Virus record (IMG/VR): IMGVR_UViG_3300032323_001214
Location: 124,001 to 188,000 of that record
Direction: 5' to 3' (one strand)
Length of the DNA: 64,000 nucleotides
The notes beneath the pieces are model-generated. The model was given only the letters and a program-made list of their open reading frames with translations. It was not told the DNA's origin and did no database searches. This document shows positions 1 to 8,751 of the stretch, one piece after another. The first letter of the stretch is position 1. Each line of letters begins with the position of its first letter. The translations under genes were made by a program, and so were the position numbers.

Positions 1-1
1 T

Positions 2-184
2 AATTTACAAAAACATCTGCACGGTATTAAACAGCAGTTGATAAGTACTCCTGTTAATAAAGCAGAAGTTGCTAATTTAGTAGGTTTTTTAGATGAAATA
101 GATAGACGTAGAAATCGAAATTGGAGGAAGGTATTTCCACAAATCGAACAAATAGTAAATACTATTAACACAGGAGAATTATAA
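2..184 (+). CDS. 3' end of a gene starting before the window; possibly a phage radical SAM protein
   Basis: Open frame from base 2 to TAA at 182-184 (...FLDEIDRRRNRNWRKVFPQIEQ...). The LDxxDxRRxxxWRxxFP tail resembles C-termini I recall from phage radical SAM proteins; the catalytic part is not visible. Confidence 0.4.
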   Translation, partial: NLQKHLHGIKQQLISTPVNKAEVANLVGFLDEIDRRRNRNWRKVFPQIEQIVNTINTGEL

Positions 185-288
185 TGTTTAAATGGATTAA
201 AAATTTATACCACACTATTAAAGCAGAGATACGTTATAGAAAACGTATCAAAGAACTACGTAAACGTGACCCCTTCATTTATAAATGA
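184..288 (+). CDS. 34-aa basic small protein (not in the ORF track)
   Basis: MFKWIKNLYHTIKAEIRYRKRIKELRKRDPFIYK; TAATG overlap with the upstream stop and ATGA overlap with the downstream start. Confidence 0.7.
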   Translation: MFKWIKNLYHTIKAEIRYRKRIKELRKRDPFIYK

Positions 289-1133
289 GTACCGACATTG
301 CTAATCAAAAATCCAATCGCTATGCTACATTGAATTTAGTAAATTCGCAAGATATCACTGATCTTTTGCATTATGTACATAATGAAACACAATCTATAAA
401 ACCTGAAGGTGTAACAGTATTTGACTTTTATAGTATGGATGATTTGAACCATGCTGATAAATGGGACTATGAACACTTTGATTATAGAGTAAATCAATAT
501 GGCTTTAGGATGGAAGAGTTACCGAAAGAAGTAGATATTGCTGTATTCGGCTGTAGTTTTACCTTTGGTGTAGGTCTCCCCCCTCAATTTTTGTGGCATA
601 ACTTATTAGCAAAAGATTTAAATGTATCTTGCGCTAATTTTGGTATTGCAGGTGCCTCTGTCAAAACTATTATAGATGTATTTCTTATAGTATCTAAACA
701 TGTAAAGATTAAAAAAGCAATATTTTTATTTCCACCTTTTATGCGTTTTCAAGTGGCAAAGACAAACCTTCAAAATATTGTTAGTCATTTTGATGTTATA
801 CCGGGTCACAAATCACAGCTTTGTAAACGATATGGTATAGAAGGGGATATGGTTTACAAAACACTACCAAACGAAGAACTATTTAAGGTGGCAAAAGATT
901 CATTATATCTTGCAGAATATATTGCAAAAGATAGGAATATCGAAATTTTCTATAGTTGCTGGGAAGATGAATCTTGGTATTTTATCGAAAACATGAAATT
1001 TGAATATGCAAAATTGTTACCTAGATGGATGACGCCGGATGATTGTCAAGATGACTTAGCCAGAGATAAAATGCATCCAGGACCAAAGCATCATAATTAT
1101 TGGTTTTTATCAATTAACAGATTTTTAAAATGA
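285..1133 (+). CDS. SGNH/GDSL-like hydrolase or acyltransferase
   Basis: Block I-like AVFGCSFTFGVG, NFGIAGAS and C-terminal DKMHPG (DxxH). Confidence 0.55.
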   Translation: MSTDIANQKSNRYATLNLVNSQDITDLLHYVHNETQSIKPEGVTVFDFYSMDDLNHADKWDYEHFDYRVNQYGFRMEELPKEVDIAVFGCSFTFGVGLPPQFLWHNLLAKDLNVSCANFGIAGASVKTIIDVFLIVSKHVKIKKAIFLFPPFMRFQVAKTNLQNIVSHFDVIPGHKSQLCKRYGIEGDMVYKTLPNEELFKVAKDSLYLAEYIAKDRNIEIFYSCWEDESWYFIENMKFEYAKLLPRWMTPDDCQDDLARDKMHPGPKHHNYWFLSINRFLK

Positions 1134-2626
1134 ATTATTTAGGAATATCGTCGGGCTTCCATGATGCTGCCATTAGTGTAATAGATGACAACGGTAACAT
1201 TTTGTTTGCGGGTCATGGCGAACGTTATAGTAAACATAAACATGATAAACATTTGTCAATTGGTATAATTGAAGATGCATTGTCATACTGTACTAGCAAA
1301 GATATAGAAATTCATTACTACGAACGACCATGGATGAAATTTTTACGACAAGTTAGATCAGGTGAAAAGCCTAAATTATCTAATCTGTCTGTTAAAGAGA
1401 TAATTGGTACTGGATTGTTACACAAATTACAAGACGGCCGCAAGGGCAAAATTCACACGCATAATCATCATTTAAGTCATGCAGCCGCGGGTTTCCAAAC
1501 AAGTAGCTATGATGATGCTACTATAGTTATAATCGATGCTATCGGTGAGTTTGATACTATTAGTATTTGGAACGCTTGGTATGATAAGAACGGCAAGACA
1601 CAGTATAAGAAGTTATGGGGACAACGCTATCCAGATAGTATTGGATTGTTTTACTCGGCAATGACTGAACGTGTAGGTCTACGCCCATTAGATGAAGAAT
1701 ACATATTGATGGGTATGGCTGCATATGGTAATGACCGTCCGGTGAAAGATATGTCTAATGAGTTAATATCATCATTCAGCGACATTACTTTTAAAGATAA
1801 TTTACATACAGGCGTATCAAAATCTTTTCTTGAAGGGGAAGATGAAATGAACATAGCATGTAGCGCACAATTGATTGTTGAACAATTGATAATGAATGTT
1901 ATCAGTAAAGCAAAGATGTTAGGTGGTAGTAAGAACTTAGTGTATGGTGGTGGTGTCGCATTAAATTGTTTAGCAAATAGATTATTAGGAAACTTTTATG
2001 AAAACATTTGGATTATGCCTAATCCTGGCGATGCTGGTTCTAGTTTGGGCGCTGCCTGCCTTGGATACCGTAAACGTGTTAATTGGAATAACAGCTTTAT
2101 TGGTCATTGTATTGAAGGGACTTATCCCGTTAATTCTATTCTTGACTATCTGCTTAGTGATAGTATTGTTGGTGTTGCTAGTGGGCGGGCCGAATTCGGC
2201 CCGAGGGCCCTCGGGAACAGAAGTCTACTCGCCGACCCAAGAGGAAAAGAAATAAAGGATAAAGTAAATGAAATTAAACGAAGACAAAAATTCAGACCTT
2301 TTGCGCCAGTCATTTTGGAGGAGTATGCTGATATGTATTTTGATATGCCTCCTGGGTTCAGTAACAGTAGGTATATGCAAGTCGTCGCTCGTTGTAGGCA
2401 TCCTGACTTATTTCCTGCTATCGTTCACGCTGACGGGACTAGTCGTGTACAGACAGTTCCAAAAGATGGAAGTGGAATCAGAGAACTCCTTGAAAAATGG
2501 TATGTATTGACCGGTTGTCCAATGTTATTGAATACGTCATTGAACATCAGAGGTGAACCAATGGTAAATGATCGAAATGACGCAGATAGATTTGAATTAA
2601 AGTATAATGTAAAAGTTATATCATAA
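1130..2626 (+). CDS. Carbamoyltransferase (NodU/CmcH/TobZ family)
   Basis: HDAA, ERYS, HHLSHAA, IDAIGE, GGVALNC, PNPGDAGSSLGAA, EFGPRALGNRS, KRRQKFRPFAP, LNTSLNIRGEP. Confidence 0.95.
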   Translation: MNYLGISSGFHDAAISVIDDNGNILFAGHGERYSKHKHDKHLSIGIIEDALSYCTSKDIEIHYYERPWMKFLRQVRSGEKPKLSNLSVKEIIGTGLLHKLQDGRKGKIHTHNHHLSHAAAGFQTSSYDDATIVIIDAIGEFDTISIWNAWYDKNGKTQYKKLWGQRYPDSIGLFYSAMTERVGLRPLDEEYILMGMAAYGNDRPVKDMSNELISSFSDITFKDNLHTGVSKSFLEGEDEMNIACSAQLIVEQLIMNVISKAKMLGGSKNLVYGGGVALNCLANRLLGNFYENIWIMPNPGDAGSSLGAACLGYRKRVNWNNSFIGHCIEGTYPVNSILDYLLSDSIVGVASGRAEFGPRALGNRSLLADPRGKEIKDKVNEIKRRQKFRPFAPVILEEYADMYFDMPPGFSNSRYMQVVARCRHPDLFPAIVHADGTSRVQTVPKDGSGIRELLEKWYVLTGCPMLLNTSLNIRGEPMVNDRNDADRFELKYNVKVIS

Positions 2627-2636
2627 GTAAGTATCT

Positions 2637-5600
2637 ATGTTAAGAGATGTATTTTATTACGGTTTAAAACCAAACGCACACCCAAGAGAAAAACATGCCA
2701 TTGATTTAGCTGATGCTAGACAGCAATGTACTACCGAACATTTTTGGATAATCAATGAACATTGTGACTATAAACATTTTGATTGGGACTGGAGCTTTGA
2801 TTTTTTGCCAGATGAAGATGTCTGGGCAGAAGAACACAACAATGTCTGGCCTAGTCAATATCAGAAAGATAGTGGCACCTGGCTATGTTCAAAAGAATAC
2901 AGTGAAATAATAATTTATCGAGCCGATGTAGATCCAGTACCATTAAAAGATGAGATACTATCTAATTGGAAAATTATAGAATATATTGAAAAAAATAAAT
3001 TCGACTTCAAGTGGCATCCTGACCCAAGCGATCCCCCATATGTATATGTTTTTGGTAATCAGTGGTATCCTGGTACAGTTATGCCTACTGTTGAGTATCA
3101 CGTTAAAGGTGCTACATCACGTAAATACATAACAGAAAATATAGCGCACTTGTTACCTATACCTAAATTATTCAACATACTGCACGAAGTAGAATCATTT
3201 GATTATAGTTGGCGTCCTGACCCAACAAGTCCCCCTTACATATATGTATTTGGTAATACTCAATATCCTGCAAGTGTGATGCCTACAATAGAATTTCACG
3301 TAGAAGGTGCAACCGAACGTAAATTTATTGAAAATATAAAACCAAAACTAGTACAGCATCCTCAAGATTTTACTATACTTGATGATATCGATCCTGATAG
3401 CTTTGACTTCAGTTGGGTTCCTGATCCAAATGCGCCCCCATATATTTACGTATGGGGCAATCAATGGAATAAACCTGAAGACAAGGCAAGTATACAATAT
3501 GCAGTAGAAGGTGCAACTGAATATAAGTATATGGAAAAGCGAGTTAAACGCAAGCCTTCAATGACAAATTGGACAATCCCACATCAGGTAGTACGACAGA
3601 GTTTTGATTTTAGTTGGGAACCAAATCCTAACGACCCTCCATATTTGTATCAATTTGGTTCGCAATGGCAAAAGACAGGTGGACCTATTTTTACTGCACC
3701 TGGATGTAATACGGATACTGAAATCAAATATATTAATGTCATTAGCAGTAAACGAATTCCTGATGTTGAAAATAAAAATTGGAAAACGTTGTTACCTATA
3801 GCAAAATTTGATTATAGCTGGCACCCTGACAGCACAGAAGAACCATACATCTATGTTTTTGGTAATCAGTGGAATAGTGCTGAGTTAGAACCAACTATAG
3901 AGTATCGTGTACCTGGTGCAACACAGAAAAAATATGTTCATGATGTTGTAGCAGAAGTAGCTGCATATGAAGAGGGTTGGGAACTGATAGAAGAAATTCA
4001 CACCTTTGATTTTAGCTGGAGACCTAATCCAACTGATCCTCCCTACATATATGTGTTTGGTACTACTCAGTATCCCGGAACAATAATGCCATCAGTAAAA
4101 CTACATAAAGCTGGCGCAACACAAGAAAAGTTTATAGACGATATTGTAGCAAAACTTGTACAGAAACCTGAGTTATTTAAGAATACTGAGTTGATTAAAG
4201 AGTTTGATTATTCATGGAGACCGAATCCTAAGGATCCCCCATTCGTGTATCAGTTTGGTACACAATGGGCTAAAACACATGGTCCACAATTTACGGTAGA
4301 GGGGGCACTTGAGCACAAGTTTATTAGTGAACCTGTTGCTACTATTTTACCTGACATGTCTTATTGGGAAATTCCTAAAGATGTAGATACAACTAAGTTT
4401 GACTTTAGTTGGCACCCTGATAGTACTAGCCCTCCCTACATATATCAGTTTGGTACTATACTTGATGAAGATGATGGTCCTAAATATATTGTACCCGGCA
4501 ATACTGGTATAATTGTTAAACTTGAACGTCCAGAGATTATTCTTTCTGAATTAGATTTTCCTAAGTACTACTTAAAAACAACACTAGAAGATTTGATTGA
4601 AGAACACGAAGGTGAGATATTTTGGGCATTGAATCCAGAACTTGATTATTCTAATTTTGACTTCAAGTGGGTTCCAGATAAACAAAATGTTTATCACGTA
4701 AACGCATTTGGTAGTAAAGATAACATCAACACTCAAACTTACTTTGTTAACGGTAAGATGTGGCAGCGTGGATACAAAGATATAAACTACATCGAGGATA
4801 AAACAATTGATATTAGAACTAAAATTGATATGTTCTTTGTTGATAGAGGTAACAGCGAATCCAATGAGAGATTTGAAAAACTAAAAGAAAAACATAGTAA
4901 TATAATTAAGACACGATATTTAAATAGTTGGGTTGATACCATTAACCGTTGTATTAAAAAATCAAACACTAATTTATGTTGGATACTGAATAGTGAATTA
5001 GATTATAGTGAATTTGAATTTGATTTTTATCCTAGCCCATGGCAAATGAGACATGTGCATGTATTTGGTACTCAGTGGAGTCACTGGGGTACAACATTTA
5101 TGGTTAATAAAAACTCATTTGCAGATGATACCAAATATATCAAAATCATTGAGCATTTGAGCAACTTGAATTTTGTTAAGAGAAGAACGGCAAAAGCATC
5201 TAATTGTCTGTATAATATTTACGTGATAGATCATAAAAACAGTCACACACCAGATGTTGTAAAGCAGTTAGAAAGTAAAGCTACTGGTAAACAAGTAACT
5301 GTAGTTAAGTATGATACTAGCTATCTAAAAACATTTAAGGAAATTTTAAGATCATGTGAGAACAAAAACGAACATTATATTTGGGTTTGTGCAAGTGTGT
5401 GTGATTATGAAAATTTTGATTTTACATATGTGTGCGATCCGTTTGCAAAAGAGCAGTTGCATGTGTTCCCTAGTGATAAGCAAAAGTTTGGAGATACCTT
5501 TTTAATCGATGTTAATAAACTACGTGATTTGATTTCTAACATGTCAATGTTAGAAGACTATGAAAAAATAAATTATAATCAACATCAACGAGCTAAAAGA

Positions 5601-6569
5601 TTACCTGCTCCTAAAATTACAAGTTTAGATGATACTCACGTTAAAGATGCTAGCCAGCAGTTTGACTTCCCCTATGCAATACTTACAACACATGACAATA
5701 CTAATTTACAGGAAGTTGACCATGAACCAATGAGTTTATGGACTCCGGACAGTAAAAACTTAATTATCACCAGTACTGGTGCAACGAGAGTAGTAGTTCC
5801 TCAAGAAGCAAAGAACTATATAGAACGTGAGTTATATGATTACCCATATATAACTAGTTCTAGTAAACTTGCAAAATCTAAGCCACTGGATATAGTCTTC
5901 CTAAGCAACGGTGAAACTGGTGCTGACGAGAACTATGAACACTTACTAAAAGTGACTAAAGGATTATCCAATCGTGTTGTAAGAGTTGATGGAGTTAACG
6001 GTCGTGTTCAAGCCTACCATGCAGCGGCAGAAGCAAGCGAAACACCATGGATGTTTACTGTTTTTGCTAAGTTGCGTATAGATGATAAATTTGATTTTTC
6101 ATGGCAACCCGACAGATTGCAGGTATCAAAACATTATATTTTCAACGCAACTAATCCAGTCAATGGTTTAGTATACGGTCATCAAGCTATGATTGCTTAT
6201 AACAAAAAAATAGTGTTATCTAATAGTGGCAAGGGACTAGACTTCACGTTGGATGATGAGCACGAAGTTGTTGATATTAATTCAGGAATTGCAGTATACA
6301 ACACGGATGAATATATTACATGGAGAACTGCTTTTAGAGAGGCATTGAAATTAAAAAACACTATAGTCAAAAATCCAAATGACAATGCTTCTATTAGCCG
6401 TTTAATGACATGGTCTACCAAAGGTGACGGAAATTATGGGGAATACAGCGTAAAGGGTGCGTTGGATGCGATTGAATACTATGACGAAGTTAACGGTGAC
6501 ATGGATAAACTTAAATTGAGTTACGAATGGGCATGGCTCAAAGATAAATTTTCCTCATCGACTAAATAA
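2637..6569 (+). CDS. 1310-aa repeat protein with several glycosyltransferase-like (GT-A-derived) domains
   Basis: Eight tandem FD(F/Y)xWxP(D/N)...P(Y/F)xYxFG repeats, then three to four degenerate GT-A-like units; the last begins DIVFLSNGETGADENYEHL. Confidence 0.6.
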   Translation: MLRDVFYYGLKPNAHPREKHAIDLADARQQCTTEHFWIINEHCDYKHFDWDWSFDFLPDEDVWAEEHNNVWPSQYQKDSGTWLCSKEYSEIIIYRADVDPVPLKDEILSNWKIIEYIEKNKFDFKWHPDPSDPPYVYVFGNQWYPGTVMPTVEYHVKGATSRKYITENIAHLLPIPKLFNILHEVESFDYSWRPDPTSPPYIYVFGNTQYPASVMPTIEFHVEGATERKFIENIKPKLVQHPQDFTILDDIDPDSFDFSWVPDPNAPPYIYVWGNQWNKPEDKASIQYAVEGATEYKYMEKRVKRKPSMTNWTIPHQVVRQSFDFSWEPNPNDPPYLYQFGSQWQKTGGPIFTAPGCNTDTEIKYINVISSKRIPDVENKNWKTLLPIAKFDYSWHPDSTEEPYIYVFGNQWNSAELEPTIEYRVPGATQKKYVHDVVAEVAAYEEGWELIEEIHTFDFSWRPNPTDPPYIYVFGTTQYPGTIMPSVKLHKAGATQEKFIDDIVAKLVQKPELFKNTELIKEFDYSWRPNPKDPPFVYQFGTQWAKTHGPQFTVEGALEHKFISEPVATILPDMSYWEIPKDVDTTKFDFSWHPDSTSPPYIYQFGTILDEDDGPKYIVPGNTGIIVKLERPEIILSELDFPKYYLKTTLEDLIEEHEGEIFWALNPELDYSNFDFKWVPDKQNVYHVNAFGSKDNINTQTYFVNGKMWQRGYKDINYIEDKTIDIRTKIDMFFVDRGNSESNERFEKLKEKHSNIIKTRYLNSWVDTINRCIKKSNTNLCWILNSELDYSEFEFDFYPSPWQMRHVHVFGTQWSHWGTTFMVNKNSFADDTKYIKIIEHLSNLNFVKRRTAKASNCLYNIYVIDHKNSHTPDVVKQLESKATGKQVTVVKYDTSYLKTFKEILRSCENKNEHYIWVCASVCDYENFDFTYVCDPFAKEQLHVFPSDKQKFGDTFLIDVNKLRDLISNMSMLEDYEKINYNQHQRAKRLPAPKITSLDDTHVKDASQQFDFPYAILTTHDNTNLQEVDHEPMSLWTPDSKNLIITSTGATRVVVPQEAKNYIERELYDYPYITSSSKLAKSKPLDIVFLSNGETGADENYEHLLKVTKGLSNRVVRVDGVNGRVQAYHAAAEASETPWMFTVFAKLRIDDKFDFSWQPDRLQVSKHYIFNATNPVNGLVYGHQAMIAYNKKIVLSNSGKGLDFTLDDEHEVVDINSGIAVYNTDEYITWRTAFREALKLKNTIVKNPNDNASISRLMTWSTKGDGNYGEYSVKGALDAIEYYDEVNGDMDKLKLSYEWAWLKDKFSSSTK

Positions 6570-6592
6570 TTATGTTTACACAGGAGAACCGT

Positions 6593-7276
6593 ATGATAAA
6601 AAATATAGCAATTGCACTTACCGTAGCTGTCATGACAGTCGGGTGTGCCACCAACAATGATTACAAGTTATATGCTGAAACACAGCAAAAAATTGCACAC
6701 GCTCATGCCATGGCTGAGACTGCAAGATATGCTGCTCTCGCAGAAATTGCCAAAACCGCTGATCCCGGTGCACGGGTTGCTGCCGTTATGAGCATTAATT
6801 TTGGATCACAGTCTGGAAACAGCCCTAGACTTAACCAAGTTGCTGCCCCGAAAACATTAGGTGACACTGCCCTACAATGGACTAGCGTGTTGTTGCCAAG
6901 TTTAACACAATTTTACGGTATCAGTGCTAACCGTCAAGTTGCTATTACACAAAGCAACAATCAAGCAGCCATAGCACAGAGTACAAATGCAACATTTGCC
7001 ACAATGAACAGCAATATGGCAAAATCTAATACTGACATTGCTACCGCTGGATTTACGGCTGTAACCAATGTAGCTAACACAGGTATTGCACAAGTAGGAG
7101 CAACTGCGGCGGCTGGATTGACTGCGGTTACCACAGTAAATGCTAATAGCAACACTGCTATTACCAACGTAGCTAATGCGGCTAATAACAGTATTAAAGC
7201 AGTTGCGGATATTATTCCTTTGTTGCAACCAAATGTAACCACAACTACTACGAATAATAACACTGTGGCACCATAA
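6593..7276 (+). CDS. Ala/Thr/Asn-rich predicted lipoprotein
   Basis: GGAG Shine-Dalgarno before ATG 6593; signal peptide with lipobox TVGC. Confidence 0.7.
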   Translation: MIKNIAIALTVAVMTVGCATNNDYKLYAETQQKIAHAHAMAETARYAALAEIAKTADPGARVAAVMSINFGSQSGNSPRLNQVAAPKTLGDTALQWTSVLLPSLTQFYGISANRQVAITQSNNQAAIAQSTNATFATMNSNMAKSNTDIATAGFTAVTNVANTGIAQVGATAAAGLTAVTTVNANSNTAITNVANAANNSIKAVADIIPLLQPNVTTTTTNNNTVAP

Positions 7277-7290
7277 TATACCCAAAATAG

Positions 7291-7319
7291 TTGTAATCAA
7301 CTATGTGTTATAATATAAT
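7291..7319 (+). promoter_or_regulatory. sigma70-type promoter for the tmRNA locus
   Basis: TTGTAA-N17-TATAAT. Confidence 0.7.
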
Positions 7320-7325
7320 GTAAGT

Positions 7326-7390
7326 TAAGACTGTATGAAGTAGACAGAAAAGGATTCAAGACGCGGGGGCAGTGCCCGCCAGGTCCACCA
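7326..7390 (+). ncRNA. ssrA: Permuted tmRNA, acceptor piece (T-arm, 3' acceptor strand, encoded CCA); 5' end approximate
   Basis: GACGCGGGGGCAGTGCCCGCCAGGTCCACCA. CAGGTCC pairs with GGGCCTG at 7764 with a G3.U70 pair and A73; GATTCAA pairs with TTGGGTC; GACTGT pairs with ACAGTC. Confidence 0.9.
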
Positions 7391-7402
7391 TAAGGAAATT
7401 TG

Positions 7403-7762
7403 ATGCGTATTAAAGAACTAACCGAGAGTGTGAATATTCCTAGTGTGTTGTATCACGCTACGTACCGTCCATTGCTGAAAAGTATTAGGCAACACGGTTT
7501 AGGCGGAGATAAGGCCCAGGCTAAATGGGAAGATAGCAAGCCCGGTGTAGTCTATCTTGCGTTAGATCCTAACGTTGCGGAAAGTTACGCTGAAACAAGC
7601 GAAGCGGTACCCGACGAATGGTTAGATGAAATCATTATATTGAAGATTTCAACTGCTGGATTGGATCTATCTAAACTCAAGGTAGATGCTAATGTTCTTG
7701 ACAACGAAGGTGATACATTGGAGTATCACGGAGTAATACCCACTAAATTAGTTTCTTTATAA
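7403..7762 (+). CDS. ADP-ribosyltransferase-fold protein (Tpt1/KptA NAD-binding-lobe-like) inside the tmRNA intervening segment
   Basis: AAGGA Shine-Dalgarno directly after CCA; LYHAT..L.SI...GL, VYLA.D...A..YA, IILKI and EYHGVIP match the KptA C-lobe pattern. Confidence 0.65.
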   Translation: MRIKELTESVNIPSVLYHATYRPLLKSIRQHGLGGDKAQAKWEDSKPGVVYLALDPNVAESYAETSEAVPDEWLDEIIILKISTAGLDLSKLKVDANVLDNEGDTLEYHGVIPTKLVSL

Positions 7763-7763
7763 T

Positions 7764-7945
7764 GGGCCTGACACAGGATCGATTGGGTCAAGAGTACGGA
7801 AATGGACAGTCCGGCAATGTAGAAGCCGTTAGGATTGGGGTTACCCGGTCGAAGACACGCAAAAAGTAATCGCAAACGATTCACAATTCCTTCAAGCCGT
7901 TAACGCTTGATAGCGAGGGTGGTACCCTTGTCAAAGAATAACCCA
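7764..7945 (+). ncRNA. ssrA: Permuted tmRNA, coding piece (5' acceptor strand, pk1 region, tag ANDSQFLQAVNA); 3' end approximate
   Basis: GGGCCTGACACAGGATCGA start; resume context AAAAAGTAATC-GCA-AAC-GAT (E. coli AAAAAATAGTC-GCA-AAC-GAC); tag frame 7872-7910 ends TGA TAG. Confidence 0.88.
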
Positions 7946-7969
7946 AATAGGAGTGTACGCTCCTATTTG
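7944..7969. terminator. Hairpin between convergent tmRNA and endonuclease transcripts
   Basis: Perfect 10-bp stem CAAATAGGAG-tgtacg-CTCCTATTTG overlapping the endonuclease stop codon. Confidence 0.55.
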
Positions 7970-8628
7970 TTTGGGTATTCATATGTCCATGTTCCATCAG
8001 GCAAATATTTTCTTTTTCTACCAGTGACCGTCGCTGATTGTTTTCCTGCACTTTTCTTTCCATTCTCAGCCGCAGTTGGATTCGGCAAGCCCTTATTCCA
8101 GGCAGTACGCCCTTTTAATGATTCTCGCAGTTTTAAGTTTGATTTACCCAAAGATTTTTTACCACTACGCACCCCGTTACATTTATGCCCGCATACAAAT
8201 TCTTCTCTTATAGGATGATGACAAAATTCTAATCTAATAAAAACACCATTACAAATGACACATGTATAAGTTCGTTCTTCTTTTGGTTTAGTTTTTGCTT
8301 TTCGATTATATTCAGCTAAATCCTCTCGTTTAGATCCAGACATCGAAAACTTGGACATTGACTTCTGATAATGCCTGTTAAGTAAAAGTGGGTTACCCCA
8401 ATGGTCTTTTATGAGGTTATTTTCAAATTCAAACGCTGATATTTGGTCAACAAAATATGCTAGAATTTCAGAATCATATTCTGAAAAATTGTTTTTAACA
8501 TGCTTAGATGAAGTAAAATAGCAAATACCAAGGTCTTGCTCGGCCACTACTGTATTAGCTGACCTCATTCCTATATAAAATTTTCCTGTCGTGCGATGCT
8601 TCATGATGTAAACATATGGTAAAAACAT
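7963..8628 (-). CDS. Free-standing GIY-YIG (Seg-like) homing endonuclease
   Basis: PYVYIMKHRTTGKFYIGMR..YFTSS..E...I; basic AWNKGLP tail; own ATAAATA promoter (8645-8651, minus strand) and AAGGA Shine-Dalgarno. Confidence 0.85.
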   Translation of the reverse strand: MFLPYVYIMKHRTTGKFYIGMRSANTVVAEQDLGICYFTSSKHVKNNFSEYDSEILAYFVDQISAFEFENNLIKDHWGNPLLLNRHYQKSMSKFSMSGSKREDLAEYNRKAKTKPKEERTYTCVICNGVFIRLEFCHHPIREEFVCGHKCNGVRSGKKSLGKSNLKLRESLKGRTAWNKGLPNPTAAENGKKSAGKQSATVTGRKRKYLPDGTWTYEYPNK

Positions 8629-8709
8629 ATTCTATCCTTTCTTCTATTTATCAAATTATGATGAAAACGGTGCTATAGCAGCCTAATTTATACCTCGTAA
8701 CAGAAACTC

Positions 8710-8736
8710 AATAAAGGGCACTAGTTGCCCTTTATT
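8710..8736. terminator. Bidirectional intrinsic terminator
   Basis: AATAAAGGGCA-ctagt-TGCCCTTTATT. Confidence 0.75.
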
Positions 8737-8751
8737 CTTGGTTTCACGCAT

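Noticed and set aside
2990-4500. CRISPR-like periodic repeats
   Set aside because: The repeats are degenerate at synonymous positions and in frame within one long ORF; no cas genes are present.
7340-7390. tRNA gene suggested by the T-arm and CCA
   Set aside because: No D-arm or anticodon arm precedes it; its pairing partner lies at 7764 with a tag frame, so it is a tmRNA piece.
7881-8218. ORF-track entries 7881..8063 (-) and 7907..8218 (+)
   Set aside because: They overlap the tmRNA and the endonuclease antisense strand, lack a Shine-Dalgarno and have no recognisable features.
7882-8660. Group I intron in the tmRNA tag
   Set aside because: A U|...G| splice could give an in-frame tag, but I see no P7 or catalytic-core sequence and the endonuclease is antisense with its own promoter.
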